Source: an uncultured bacterium
GTDB lineage: Bacteria > Oederibacteriota > PGYV01 > CAWJRG01
DNA: 64,000 nt
Direction of reading: 5' to 3'
Assembly (NCBI GenBank): GCA_963845185.1
Contig: CAWJRG010000010.1
Location: 1-64,000, forward strand
The notes below the pieces were generated by a model, which was not told the DNA's origin, did no database searches, and saw only the letters and a list, made by a program, of their open reading frames with translations. Numbering within the stretch: position 1 is the first letter of the stretch; every line of letters starts with the position of its first letter. Of the stretch, positions 10,776 through 20,204 are shown piece by piece. The position numbers and the translations under genes were made by a program.

Positions 10776-13700
10776 TCACCTCAACACTGCCAGTTTCTTT
10801 ATCAGTTTAGTTGTTTTTCCGGTTATTTTATCATTAACTTCTATAACGCATAAATATATTCCTGATAAGACGTTATGCCCTGTTTCATTTACCGCGTTCC
10901 ATATATCCTCAAAATGCAGACCGACTGGTTTTAAAGCTTTATCGGCTACGATTTTTACAAGGTCTCCGTTTACGGTAAATATCTTTATGGTAACTTCGGA
11001 ATTGTTTTCTATGTAATATTCAATATGCGCAGGCGACTGCTGCGGATTAACCGGGTTTGGAAAAACATGATATGACTGCTCCATGTTCGGCGCCTGGATG
11101 GAAACGAGACTTGATTTCATGTTTCCGAAAAAATCGCCCTGTATCGGTGTCACACCCGCCGGCGGCAGTGTCTCGGCATCTGTGCCGTTCTCAAATTCCA
11201 CGTAAAACGGCTCCTGCGCGTTCGGGGAAATATCGACGGTTATTTTCAGGCTTTTTATATTTCCCTGGAACACCTGAAAAGAAGACATGATGAGGCTTAT
11301 TTTGGCGCTGTTTCCTGCTGCCGCGCTTGCAAGTATGTTGTTATTCATATCTTTAATATAGATGTTGCCTATCACCATATTTGCCGGAATCTGCAACCCG
11401 TCCTTATCCTTTATTGCTATTGCCAGTGAGGTTACCGCTATAGGCACAGCGTTAAAATTCTCAAAATTAAGTTGAAGTGCGTCTATGTTCTTCTGGCCCC
11501 GGACCGCGGATTTTGGCATCAGGTTCTCATGGCCCACTTCAAAATTATAAGCCAGCGGTGTTATTGTGGTTATATTTGAATCTATCGGGAAAGCATCCGG
11601 GGCGGTTGCGGTTACCGTAACATAACCCGCAGGTACGCTGTTGCACGCAACGTTTCCGGGTGATGCAATGCTGATCAAAAAACTCCCATACGGTGCGTTT
11701 ATCGACATGTCGGCCGAAACATAAGCCGTAACTGTATTTAAGGCTTCTATAAAAAGAGGCGTTGCCGGGTTGACCGCAAGATAAAAAGGTGAATTTGCCG
11801 TAGATGATACTGCGTTGAATGTTCCATAAACATTCCCGGTTAAATCAGTCAGATAGACATTGAAAAAAAGCTTTGCCCCGGCAATCGTATTTCCTTTTGT
11901 ATCAAATGCTGTTATTGTGATTCCGTCAAGCTGTATATCTGCGGTTCCGATGTATCCCGGGTTCGACATATAAAGTATCATGAATTTCACGCCCGGCTGG
12001 CCCATGCCTATCTGCGTTGGTACAATGTTTCCGTTATGCCAGATGTTTAAATTGGTTGCCGGCGCGACATAAATAGACGCGTCTCCAGTAGTCCATGGAA
12101 GTGACGGTGTTGCCATAATTCCTGTGATGTAACCTGAGTTTGCGTCGGTTATAGAAATATCCCCCGGGCCCTGGATGGCAACTTTAAAATTTTGCGAATA
12201 CGCAGTGGCCAGAATATCGCAAAACACCCTGAAATTCCGGGATACTCCGGAAGTAAATATATAAGGACTTGTCAGTACAATACCGGTATCGCTTACTGCC
12301 CCTGTAAAAGCGCTTCCAAGTGTGTTTCCGAGATTATCTGTTATATAAAACATTCCAACCGCGCCATTTGAAGCAGCGGGCGCTCCTGCGCCGTTTTCCA
12401 CGGTTATTGTCAACGAATTAAAATGAGCAGCCGCGCTCTGCGGGCCAAGTGTGTCTGAGATTTGAAAATCAAAAAGCTCCACCCATTTCTGGCCCAATAC
12501 GACTCCCGTAGGCAAAAGCGCGGTAAAAGTATTGATGTTAATGCTGCTGACATTTTTTTGAATGACCGCGGGGCTAGACTGCAGGGGGAAAGACGTAAGC
12601 GATGATACGCTCACCGGTATGCCTGAATTAGCGTCAACTGCGTACAAATTATTCTGGCTGTCAAGGCTTACCATGCATGAAGTTGCTGTAAAAGTATTTG
12701 TCATGTCGAGCATTAAAGCACATGTCAATGCCTGGGTTGACGGCACTATTAAAGGCGCGGAAAGCACTATTGTTATTGTGTTTGATGTGCCTGCCGCTGT
12801 CTCACCGTAAATAAAACTTCCGTCATTGCTTGTTATTTTAATGTCATTTATGGCGCTGGAGGCGGCAATACTGTTTCCAGCCGCGTCTTTTATATCCAGC
12901 GTTATACTTGATATTTTTATACTTGCCGTTGCCGTGTTGCCGATGTCGCTAAAATTAAGTTCCATTGCCTTCACATTTGACTGGCCCGTGGAAACCGATG
13001 CCGGCATTGTATTTATATCGGAAATCAATAGTTCGGTAGCGCTGTTCTGTATAACTGTGTCTGAAGAACCCATAGGAAACGAAAACCCTGACGTAGCTGA
13101 AACCGTGAGCGTATTGCCCGTTGCAAAATCCACCGCTGCTATATTCAACGGTGAATCAATATCTATTTCAAAATTTGCAGCGTGATTTGTGGTATCCCCT
13201 GTTATATCCGCGACAACATAAATATTTTTTTGTGAATTCGGCCCGACCTGTATTGCTGAAGGCATTGGGCAATATATATAGGAAGAGGAAGTGGTGGAAC
13301 TCGTGCTGAAATAATATGAGTTTACATCCCTTATTCCTAAACCGGATAAAGCGGATGATGCCTGGATCAGGTTTGCCTGCCCGTCCTTTACGGTCAAAGT
13401 GATGCCTGTTATCATGGCTGTGCCGTTTGACGGATTGCTTATTGTGTACATTATGGTATATACGCCCTGTTGCCCGGTTGAAACCGTAGCCGGGACAAGG
13501 TTATAGTTGGAAACATTTTGAGCCCCTGCAGGCACAGGTACCGGGGTCAGGGTAATTGTTGGAGTGATTGTTTCCGTAGGGCTTGGACAATTGTTAAGAT
13601 GTTCAATACCAAGATGAGAGGAACTTTGGTAATCATTTTGATCGCCGTTCCAGACCAATTGGCCTACACGCGAGCCGGTACCGTCATTAAAGTCAACTTG

Positions 13701-14327
13701 TAAATCAAACTCAAAACTTGTCCCGCCATTTGGTGTTGCTCCTACAAGTGCCCATGGAATTGCCACCTCCATTGTATAGCCGCCGGTGTTGGTATTGCTG
13801 GCATACTCCACGCCGCTGGGAGGCAAGGCTACCGTATCGTTCTCACAGAACTGCAGGCAGTCATAGCTGATCATAAAGTGTATATCGCCTGGTGTGGCCG
13901 GGAATGTATCCGCGCCCCAGTCATTGTTCATGTCCATGTATATTTCCACAGCCGAATCATTATAAGCATTGCAGGCAGTTTGGCTTGCGTTTAAATAGGA
14001 GTCGTTTACATTAAAACATATGTATAAATAATTCAAATCCCATAAGGTTTTGAAACTTGCTGAAACATTATCAGGATTGCTCCCCAAGGCAAGTTTGGCA
14101 ATTGAAGTCCAGCCAACCGAACTCCATGCGCTTTCGTTCATGGCTCCGTCAATGACCATGCCGCTGGCACAGCCTGCAATCACAGTCATAGGGGTTGGGG
14201 TTAATGTTGGTGTATTTGTAGGGGTATTGGTTGAAGTTGCGGCCTGGCAGATATTGGCCAGCGCTATAATAAAAAGAAGACCAATAATGAACTTCTTAAT
14301 AATAGAAGGCTCTTTTTTTATTTTCAT
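10776..14327 (-). CDS. Large secreted protein: CBM9-like sugar-binding domain, repeated Ig-like modules, T9SS-like C-terminal domain
   Basis: Signal peptide; IDGAMNESAW, WDLNYLY, DSAVEIYMD, GYTMEVAIPW (CBM9_1-like); FPNPVNP..KIFTVNGDLV..WN..LSGIY..KLAVLR. Confidence 0.75.
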   Translation of the reverse strand: MKIKKEPSIIKKFIIGLLFIIALANICQAATSTNTPTNTPTLTPTPMTVIAGCASGMVIDGAMNESAWSSVGWTSIAKLALGSNPDNVSASFKTLWDLNYLYICFNVNDSYLNASQTACNAYNDSAVEIYMDMNNDWGADTFPATPGDIHFMISYDCLQFCENDTVALPPSGVEYASNTNTGGYTMEVAIPWALVGATPNGGTSFEFDLQVDFNDGTGSRVGQLVWNGDQNDYQSSSHLGIEHLNNCPSPTETITPTITLTPVPVPAGAQNVSNYNLVPATVSTGQQGVYTIMYTISNPSNGTAMITGITLTVKDGQANLIQASSALSGLGIRDVNSYYFSTSSTTSSSYIYCPMPSAIQVGPNSQKNIYVVADITGDTTNHAANFEIDIDSPLNIAAVDFATGNTLTVSATSGFSFPMGSSDTVIQNSATELLISDINTMPASVSTGQSNVKAMELNFSDIGNTATASIKISSITLDIKDAAGNSIAASSAINDIKITSNDGSFIYGETAAGTSNTITIVLSAPLIVPSTQALTCALMLDMTNTFTATSCMVSLDSQNNLYAVDANSGIPVSVSSLTSFPLQSSPAVIQKNVSSININTFTALLPTGVVLGQKWVELFDFQISDTLGPQSAAAHFNSLTITVENGAGAPAASNGAVGMFYITDNLGNTLGSAFTGAVSDTGIVLTSPYIFTSGVSRNFRVFCDILATAYSQNFKVAIQGPGDISITDANSGYITGIMATPSLPWTTGDASIYVAPATNLNIWHNGNIVPTQIGMGQPGVKFMILYMSNPGYIGTADIQLDGITITAFDTKGNTIAGAKLFFNVYLTDLTGNVYGTFNAVSSTANSPFYLAVNPATPLFIEALNTVTAYVSADMSINAPYGSFLISIASPGNVACNSVPAGYVTVTATAPDAFPIDSNITTITPLAYNFEVGHENLMPKSAVRGQKNIDALQLNFENFNAVPIAVTSLAIAIKDKDGLQIPANMVIGNIYIKDMNNNILASAAAGNSAKISLIMSSFQVFQGNIKSLKITVDISPNAQEPFYVEFENGTDAETLPPAGVTPIQGDFFGNMKSSLVSIQAPNMEQSYHVFPNPVNPQQSPAHIEYYIENNSEVTIKIFTVNGDLVKIVADKALKPVGLHFEDIWNAVNETGHNVLSGIYLCVIEVNDKITGKTTKLIKKLAVLR

Positions 14328-14700
14328 TTTTTGCTCCAAAAGCTTTTTAGCAATAAAACCCCTCAAAAATATATTACATAATAATTATACATTAAATGCT
14401 GCTCAAATTCTACTTTTTAATGGCTTGTTTTCGAGGATTACTTGCTTTTTTTAGTGGTATCCAGCAACGTATAATAATGTTAGAAACTTTTGCGCACGCC
14501 GCGAATTCTATTCTCAAAATAACCCGGCGAATCATTTGGCAAAAATATTTGCATATCGGATAATTGTTCGTTATGCTGGTTTCTTGTATGTCATTGCGAG
14601 TAATAATTTCTGGTTTAGCTATAATTTCAAAATATTATTTTCCAAAATATTATAATATAATAATAAATAATTTAATTTTAAATAAAAGTAACCCAGATTA

Positions 14701-14749
14701 TTACTAAACCGATTTCGTAAAATATACGATACAAAGTTTAAAGTGTCAA
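14701..14749 (-). promoter_or_regulatory. Sigma70 promoter with an overlapping class B LacI-type operator
   Basis: TTGACA(14749-14744)-N17-TATATT(14726-14721); TTACTAAACCGATTTCGTAA at 14701-14720. Confidence 0.65.
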
Positions 14750-14756
14750 GGGTTTT

Positions 14757-15785
14757 TTAAGCCGATTGCCTTATGATAAGTTCCGGTTCAATTTCGATAT
14801 GTTTAAAAAAATTTAATTTCCCTTCCATTGCTTCCACAACCATATCAAAGACTTCAGCGCCTAATTTATCTATCGGCTGGCGCACCGTAGTCAGCGGAGG
14901 GCTGAGGTATGCAGAATAAAAATAGTCATCAAACCCTATCACAGACAGGTCATCAGGTATCCTTATTCTTCGTTTCTTTGCACTTTCCATTACGCCCAAT
15001 GCGGTCATGTCGCCGGCAGCGCAGAAAATAGCGTCAAGTTTTATCCCCTTTTTCATGAACCTGTCAAACAAATTTATGCCTTCACCGATCGAATAATGGG
15101 TAGTCAACTCGAGGTATTTCGCGTTGGTTTTGATCCCGTACTGTTTTAACGCCTCGTCAAATCCGGCTTTTCTTTCTTCTGTCGCGTAGCTGAAACCGTA
15201 TTTTGACTTTTTAATTGGCCAGCCGCATATCAATCCTATCCTTTTCCTGCCTTTTTTTATCAGGTATTCGGCAGCCTTAAAACCGCCCTCGCGGTTGTCC
15301 GTATTGACTGAATGTGCGTTATCCAGCCTGTTCTCTATTAATATGACGGGTATCCCTGCTTTACTGTACTCAAGCAATATATCGGGGTCTGGATTCATAG
15401 CAAGGGCCACGACCGCCGAAGCTTTTCCGCCGTAAAGTATTTTCTTAAAAAGTTCTGCGCTGATCCCCTTGTCGTAGAAAGTGGAATACGGAATAATGTC
15501 ATGGACATATTTGCCGGCAGCTCTGGCCCTGTCTTCAATGGCTCTGAGCACTTCCGATGTAAAATACGCCGAGATCCTTGAAGAAATAAACGCAATGGTG
15601 TTGTTCTTGCCCCTGCCGAGCATCTGAGCCGATTCATGAGGGTAAAAATTATGCTCCTTAATTATTTTCCGTATTTTTTCTTTTGTATTTTCGGGAATAT
15701 CGCCGTAATCGTTGATGGCTTTCGAAACCGTGCTCTTGCTTACTCCCGCAAGCTTGGCAATGTCCTTGATTACTATTCTTTTCAT
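14757..15785 (-). CDS. LacI-family transcriptional regulator
   Basis: IKDIAKLAGVSKSTVS HTH; IPDDLSVIGFDD..LTTVRQP. Confidence 0.93.
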   Translation of the reverse strand: MKRIVIKDIAKLAGVSKSTVSKAINDYGDIPENTKEKIRKIIKEHNFYPHESAQMLGRGKNNTIAFISSRISAYFTSEVLRAIEDRARAAGKYVHDIIPYSTFYDKGISAELFKKILYGGKASAVVALAMNPDPDILLEYSKAGIPVILIENRLDNAHSVNTDNREGGFKAAEYLIKKGRKRIGLICGWPIKKSKYGFSYATEERKAGFDEALKQYGIKTNAKYLELTTHYSIGEGINLFDRFMKKGIKLDAIFCAAGDMTALGVMESAKKRRIRIPDDLSVIGFDDYFYSAYLSPPLTTVRQPIDKLGAEVFDMVVEAMEGKLNFFKHIEIEPELIIRQSA

Positions 15786-15891
15786 TGTACACCAATAAAT
15801 TTATTATATATCATTACTACATATAATCATAATATAATAAACAAGCATATATTTCAAGTTATTTGACTTGCCTGCCTATTTTATATTTAAA

Positions 15892-16227
15892 CTATTCTAT
15901 ACCTTTACAGTATATTTTGGCTATTAACAGGTCTTCCTTATTTTCCATTATCTTTTTCCAGTAAGGCCAGCTACTGCACTGCTCAGGCCTCGACTCGTAG
16001 ACCGAACACTTATTATCCTTAAGAAAAATGCAGGCGCCGGATTCAGTAGATTTAAGGGATGTGCCATACCACAGTATCCATTTTGTGTTTTTTTTCTTGA
16101 ATTCTTTTACAGGCATGACCAGTTTAGCGGCTATTTTTTCAGCTTCGCCTTTTTTCAGGAAGACATATCCGCCGATTTTACAGCATGCGCCGCACTTAAG
16201 GCAGAAAAATTTTATTTGATTGGCCAT
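15892..16227 (-). CDS. YkgJ-family cysteine-cluster (zinc/iron-chelating) protein
   Basis: CLKCGACC, CIFL..CSVYESRPEQCSSWPYW. Confidence 0.88.
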   Translation of the reverse strand: MANQIKFFCLKCGACCKIGGYVFLKKGEAEKIAAKLVMPVKEFKKKNTKWILWYGTSLKSTESGACIFLKDNKCSVYESRPEQCSSWPYWKKIMENKEDLLIAKIYCKGIE

Positions 16228-16230
16228 TTA

Positions 16231-17832
16231 TTATTCCGCGGCTGGCGTGCTTTCCGGTTTTTGTCCGTGCACCTGGCGTACAACATTTAACGGAAGCATT
16301 AAAGCAAGCGGCAAAGCTAAAATGACTACTATTGCAGCTATAAGAAACGTATCCTGGAAAGCCATGACCAGGCCGGATTTAATCACCGAGCTCATCAGCA
16401 GCCCTCTCGAGGCCGCAGTTGCCGTGCCAAAACCATAACCCAGGCTGTGAATGTGCTGCATAAGGTTTGCTATGGACTGCAGGAAAATCGGGTTCCCTGA
16501 TTTAACTGACTGTCCGACCATTGCTATATGGTACACGGAGCGATTTGATAACACTGCTGTAAAAAAAGCTATACCCATTGATGCGCCGACCTGCATTATT
16601 ATGCTGTTCATTGACGAGGCAACGCCGATCTTTTTTTGCGGCACAGAATTCATAAATGCCACCATAATCGGCGCATTCAGCAATCCCATGCCTATGCTCC
16701 TTACCATCATTGGGTATATCAATCCCCATATGCTTGTATTCACGCTTAATTTGTCGTAAATAAGAAGGCTGTAAGCCACTATTATTACCCCTATTGTGGA
16801 AGGTATTCTCGCCCCCACTTTATCGGCCATGATGCCGACCGCAGGAAATATCAGTGCCATAAAAAGCGATGACGGCAGCATCAAGAGCCCGCTCTGAAAC
16901 GCCGTATATCCCAGCTGTTGCTGCACAAAAACCGGTATTAAAAAAATCGATCCAAAAAGCCCTGCTGAACGCGCCACTGTTATGGCTGTGGCGCTGGAAA
17001 ATATCGGAATTTTAAAAAGCCTTAAATCCATTATGGGGTAATCCACGTAAAGATCCACAAGCAAAAATCCTATAAGGCCCAGCGCCGCCAGTGTAAAGCA
17101 GGTAATTATAAAAACAGATGTCCATCCTTCCCTTTGCCCTTTTGACATGCCGAGCAGGGCACCTACGAGAAAAAGCGACAGAAATCCGAATCCCCAGAAA
17201 TCAAAGGGTTTTTTGACGATTTTATGCGGCGCATCCTTGATGAGCAGTTCTATTGCAGCCACTATGCCTATTATACCGATAGGCAGGTTGACCATGAAAA
17301 TCGAGCGCCAACCGAAATAATCAGTGAGCCATCCCCCGAGTGTAGGCCCAACTGCCGGGCCGATTATCAACCCCACTCCAAAGAACCCCATAGCTCTTCC
17401 GCGTTCTTTTGGAGGGAAAACTTCAGTCATCATTGCCATTGCAGTGGGCTGCATTGCACCACCGCCCAGAGCCTGTATTACGCGCGCCGCTATCAACGAC
17501 GGCAAGTTCCATGCAAGCCCGCACAAAACCGAACCGAGTGTAAAAAGGCAAAGAGCTCCCACATAAATATTTTTATATCCTATCCTGTCGCGCAACCAGC
17601 CTGTCAAAGGCATAAGCGTGGCAAAAGCAAGCATATAACCTGTCGCCACCCACTCAATATCATCCAGATTCACGCCGAAATCAGCCATTATTTTAGGAAT
17701 CGAAACGTTTACTATTGAAGAGTCAAGTGTCGCCATCAATATCCCTAACATAATAATGGGCATTACTACCCATTTATATCCTTCTGGGAATTGCTGCTGC
17801 TCAATTTGCTGTGCTATGGTTTCCTGGGCCAT
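16231..17832 (-). CDS. emrB: DHA2 MFS efflux permease (EmrB/QacA)
   Basis: LDSSIVNVSIP, GPTLGGWL, WRSIFMVNLPIG; about 14 TM segments. Confidence 0.9.
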   Translation of the reverse strand: MAQETIAQQIEQQQFPEGYKWVVMPIIMLGILMATLDSSIVNVSIPKIMADFGVNLDDIEWVATGYMLAFATLMPLTGWLRDRIGYKNIYVGALCLFTLGSVLCGLAWNLPSLIAARVIQALGGGAMQPTAMAMMTEVFPPKERGRAMGFFGVGLIIGPAVGPTLGGWLTDYFGWRSIFMVNLPIGIIGIVAAIELLIKDAPHKIVKKPFDFWGFGFLSLFLVGALLGMSKGQREGWTSVFIITCFTLAALGLIGFLLVDLYVDYPIMDLRLFKIPIFSSATAITVARSAGLFGSIFLIPVFVQQQLGYTAFQSGLLMLPSSLFMALIFPAVGIMADKVGARIPSTIGVIIVAYSLLIYDKLSVNTSIWGLIYPMMVRSIGMGLLNAPIMVAFMNSVPQKKIGVASSMNSIIMQVGASMGIAFFTAVLSNRSVYHIAMVGQSVKSGNPIFLQSIANLMQHIHSLGYGFGTATAASRGLLMSSVIKSGLVMAFQDTFLIAAIVVILALPLALMLPLNVVRQVHGQKPESTPAAE

Positions 17833-17915
17833 TTATAATCTCACTCCTAATTTTGATTTAAATATATTTCATTACCCCTTACCCCTCACCCCTTATCACA
17901 TCCCACTGCTTTTCC

Positions 17916-18791
17916 TTATCTTACTTTTATTCTTATGACAACAGACTGCCCTATCCTCAGTGCTTTATCAGGATGCGGATCAAGTTCAATTTTTACCGGT
18001 ATACGTTGTTCCACTTTTATAAAATTACCCGAAGCATTATCCGACGGTATCAGCGCAAAAACCGACGCCGCAGCTTTGCGTATGTCTACTACTTTTCCGG
18101 TTAGTCTACCGCCTTCATCAATCGATATATAAACTTTCTGGCCGAGTTTGACAACGCCGACTGATTTTTCAGGCACGTTTGCAGTCACCCATGCAGTTTC
18201 GGTGCAAGCTATGATTATCGCTGTCTGGTTTGTCTCGAGTATGTTGCCTTCAATCGCTGTCTTTTGTATTACCGTACCGTCTACCGGGCTTTTTATATAT
18301 GTACGGTCAAGAGCTATCTCTGCAATTTTCAAATCTGCATCGGCCATTGCTGTTTCCTGCTGTGCCTTGTCAAGTTGCTGCTTGCTCATGCCTTGCTGCT
18401 GGGCAACCGCGTTTGCCCTCTTGTAATCAGTGGCCGCAAAAAACGCGTGCGCTTTTGCCCTTTCAAGCTGGGCCTCTGCCACGCTGTGGTCAAGCTCCGC
18501 AAGCAAATCGCCTTTTTTCACTTTGTCGCCTTCTTTAACGTAAATTTTTATTATCTGGCAACCCGCGCCCTGGTTTGCCACCTTTACCACGTCTGCGTCA
18601 ACAGTCGCGTCGTCCGTGGCTACATACGGCAGGAAAAAAATAAGCCAAGCAATAAAAGCTACGACAAACAATCCCCCGATTATCTTACCGGCTGTCTGAG
18701 CCCCCTTATTCTGCCACCACGGGCCTCTTGATTCCACGTTGGCCTGCGCCTGGTGTCCGTGATGGGCATGTTGCTCTTTTTTCTGTTCCAT
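17916..18791 (-). CDS. emrA: HlyD/EmrA membrane-fusion protein
   Basis: VKEGDKVKKGDLL, IKSPVDG, LIPSDNASGNFIKVEQRIPVKI. Confidence 0.9.
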   Translation of the reverse strand: MEQKKEQHAHHGHQAQANVESRGPWWQNKGAQTAGKIIGGLFVVAFIAWLIFFLPYVATDDATVDADVVKVANQGAGCQIIKIYVKEGDKVKKGDLLAELDHSVAEAQLERAKAHAFFAATDYKRANAVAQQQGMSKQQLDKAQQETAMADADLKIAEIALDRTYIKSPVDGTVIQKTAIEGNILETNQTAIIIACTETAWVTANVPEKSVGVVKLGQKVYISIDEGGRLTGKVVDIRKAAASVFALIPSDNASGNFIKVEQRIPVKIELDPHPDKALRIGQSVVIRIKVR

Positions 18792-18808
18792 TTTTTCACC
18801 TCGTTATT

Positions 18809-19273
18809 TTATTTTGTTTTTTCGTATTTTAATATTGCGCATAATTTCTCCAGCGCATTTATTATTTCTTTCTCATTTTTTGAGTTTATATTTTTATTTA
18901 TGTCCGCTGTTATCATGTCTATTATTTTAGACTTGTTTTTTAAGAACGCTTTAGTGACGGAAAGCTTCACTGTCCTGCGGTTGTCCGGTGGAGTGATTCT
19001 TTCCACCATGCCGTCCTGTACCAGTAGGTCTATTATCCTGGAAACTGTGCTTTTTGGAAGGTTTTGCCTTTCGCTCAATTCATGCATTGTTATGTCCGGG
19101 TGCCTGTAAAGCTCCATTATCAGCATAAACTGCGGCATCGAAAACCCCAGTTCTTTTGCCTTATCCATCATGCGGCATTTTACGCTTGCCTGGATGACAT
19201 TGATTAAAGACATGATTCTGTGCGCAGGGCTTTCGTTCTTTTTTTTACCTTTGCAATTGTCCAAGCTTGTCAC
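18809..19273 (-). CDS. MarR-family transcriptional regulator
   Basis: KSTVSRIIDLL..GMVER..DNRR winged helix; heads the emrAB operon. Confidence 0.9.
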   Translation of the reverse strand: MTSLDNCKGKKKNESPAHRIMSLINVIQASVKCRMMDKAKELGFSMPQFMLIMELYRHPDITMHELSERQNLPKSTVSRIIDLLVQDGMVERITPPDNRRTVKLSVTKAFLKNKSKIIDMITADINKNINSKNEKEIINALEKLCAILKYEKTK

Positions 19274-19282
19274 CTTCTAAAA

Positions 19283-19341
19283 GTTCCAAATGAAACAGTT
19301 CCATGTTGGACAAATTTATCATATGTGAAAAATAATGTCAA
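19283..19341 (-). promoter_or_regulatory. marR promoter with tandem imperfect palindromes (candidate MarR operator)
   Basis: TTGACA-N17-TAAATT on the minus strand; GTTCCAAATGAAAC and GTTCCATGTTGGAC lie between the promoter and the start codon. Confidence 0.5.
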
Positions 19342-19532
19342 TATTATTATGCCCTAAAATTTCCGCTTTTTGTTGACTTGTTTCAATAATCATCGTTTGT
19401 GATCTTGATAATAAGGACAGGAAAATCTATATCCTGCGTTTAGAAATGCCCGTTAAACTCGCCGGCGTTGGTATTTGAATTTTAACCTGAATTTAAATCC
19501 GTGGTTTGGGTTTCGCGGCTGTCGCATTAATT

Positions 19533-20135
19533 TTATTGCCTCGGCCTGTTGTTATTCCCGCCAGGTTGCTGCTCAGTTGCTATTTTTACCTCCTCGCTTT
19601 CAGGCCTTATTAAGCTTTCTGCAGAGGAAATAAAAACATTTGCTGTCTCAGGAGGGAGTTTAAAATCCCCCACATTTATTTCATATGTTGCCATATATGT
19701 CGCAATCCAGTTGTCCTTGCAGTAACAATAAAACATGGTTTTTGCGTCAGCCATTGCTTTCCCAACCGTGAATTTTTTCCATGCATCAAGAGTGTCGCCG
19801 AAAATCTTTTTATTGGGGTACTTGTTGTTGAATTTCTCTACTGTTAAATCAAGAAGTTTTTCTACGGCATTTTTTAATGAATTTTTGGCTTCGGGTATAG
19901 CCCTTTGGCTGCTGTATTTTTCGCGTTCGGAATCGGTTGAAAAATTCATCGCCGTTAAGCTCGGGCTTCGGCCAGAGCCGACTCCATAAACAGTCACCTT
20001 TTCCCCGTTCACAGAAAGCACGCCGCTCTGCTCTCTGTCCGTAACAAGCTCTATGGAATGTTTCGGGCATGTTGCGCAGCCTGTTAAAAAGCAAAATAAG
20101 TAAATTGCAATTATGAATAAATTTATTTTTTTCAT
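19533..20135 (-). CDS. Hypothetical lipoprotein
   Basis: Signal peptide with LTGC lipobox; GGAG SD. Confidence 0.7.
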   Translation of the reverse strand: MKKINLFIIAIYLFCFLTGCATCPKHSIELVTDREQSGVLSVNGEKVTVYGVGSGRSPSLTAMNFSTDSEREKYSSQRAIPEAKNSLKNAVEKLLDLTVEKFNNKYPNKKIFGDTLDAWKKFTVGKAMADAKTMFYCYCKDNWIATYMATYEINVGDFKLPPETANVFISSAESLIRPESEEVKIATEQQPGGNNNRPRQ

Positions 20136-20204
20136 ATTCTCCTGTACGTCCGATTTGGCAGCTGCAGTTTTGATATAAGAAAGAGTCTACAAAATAAAAT
20201 ATAG

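Noticed and set aside
17868..17905. TACCCCT/CACCCCT short repeats between emrA and emrB
   Set aside because: Only 3-4 degenerate heptamers; low complexity with no function supportable.
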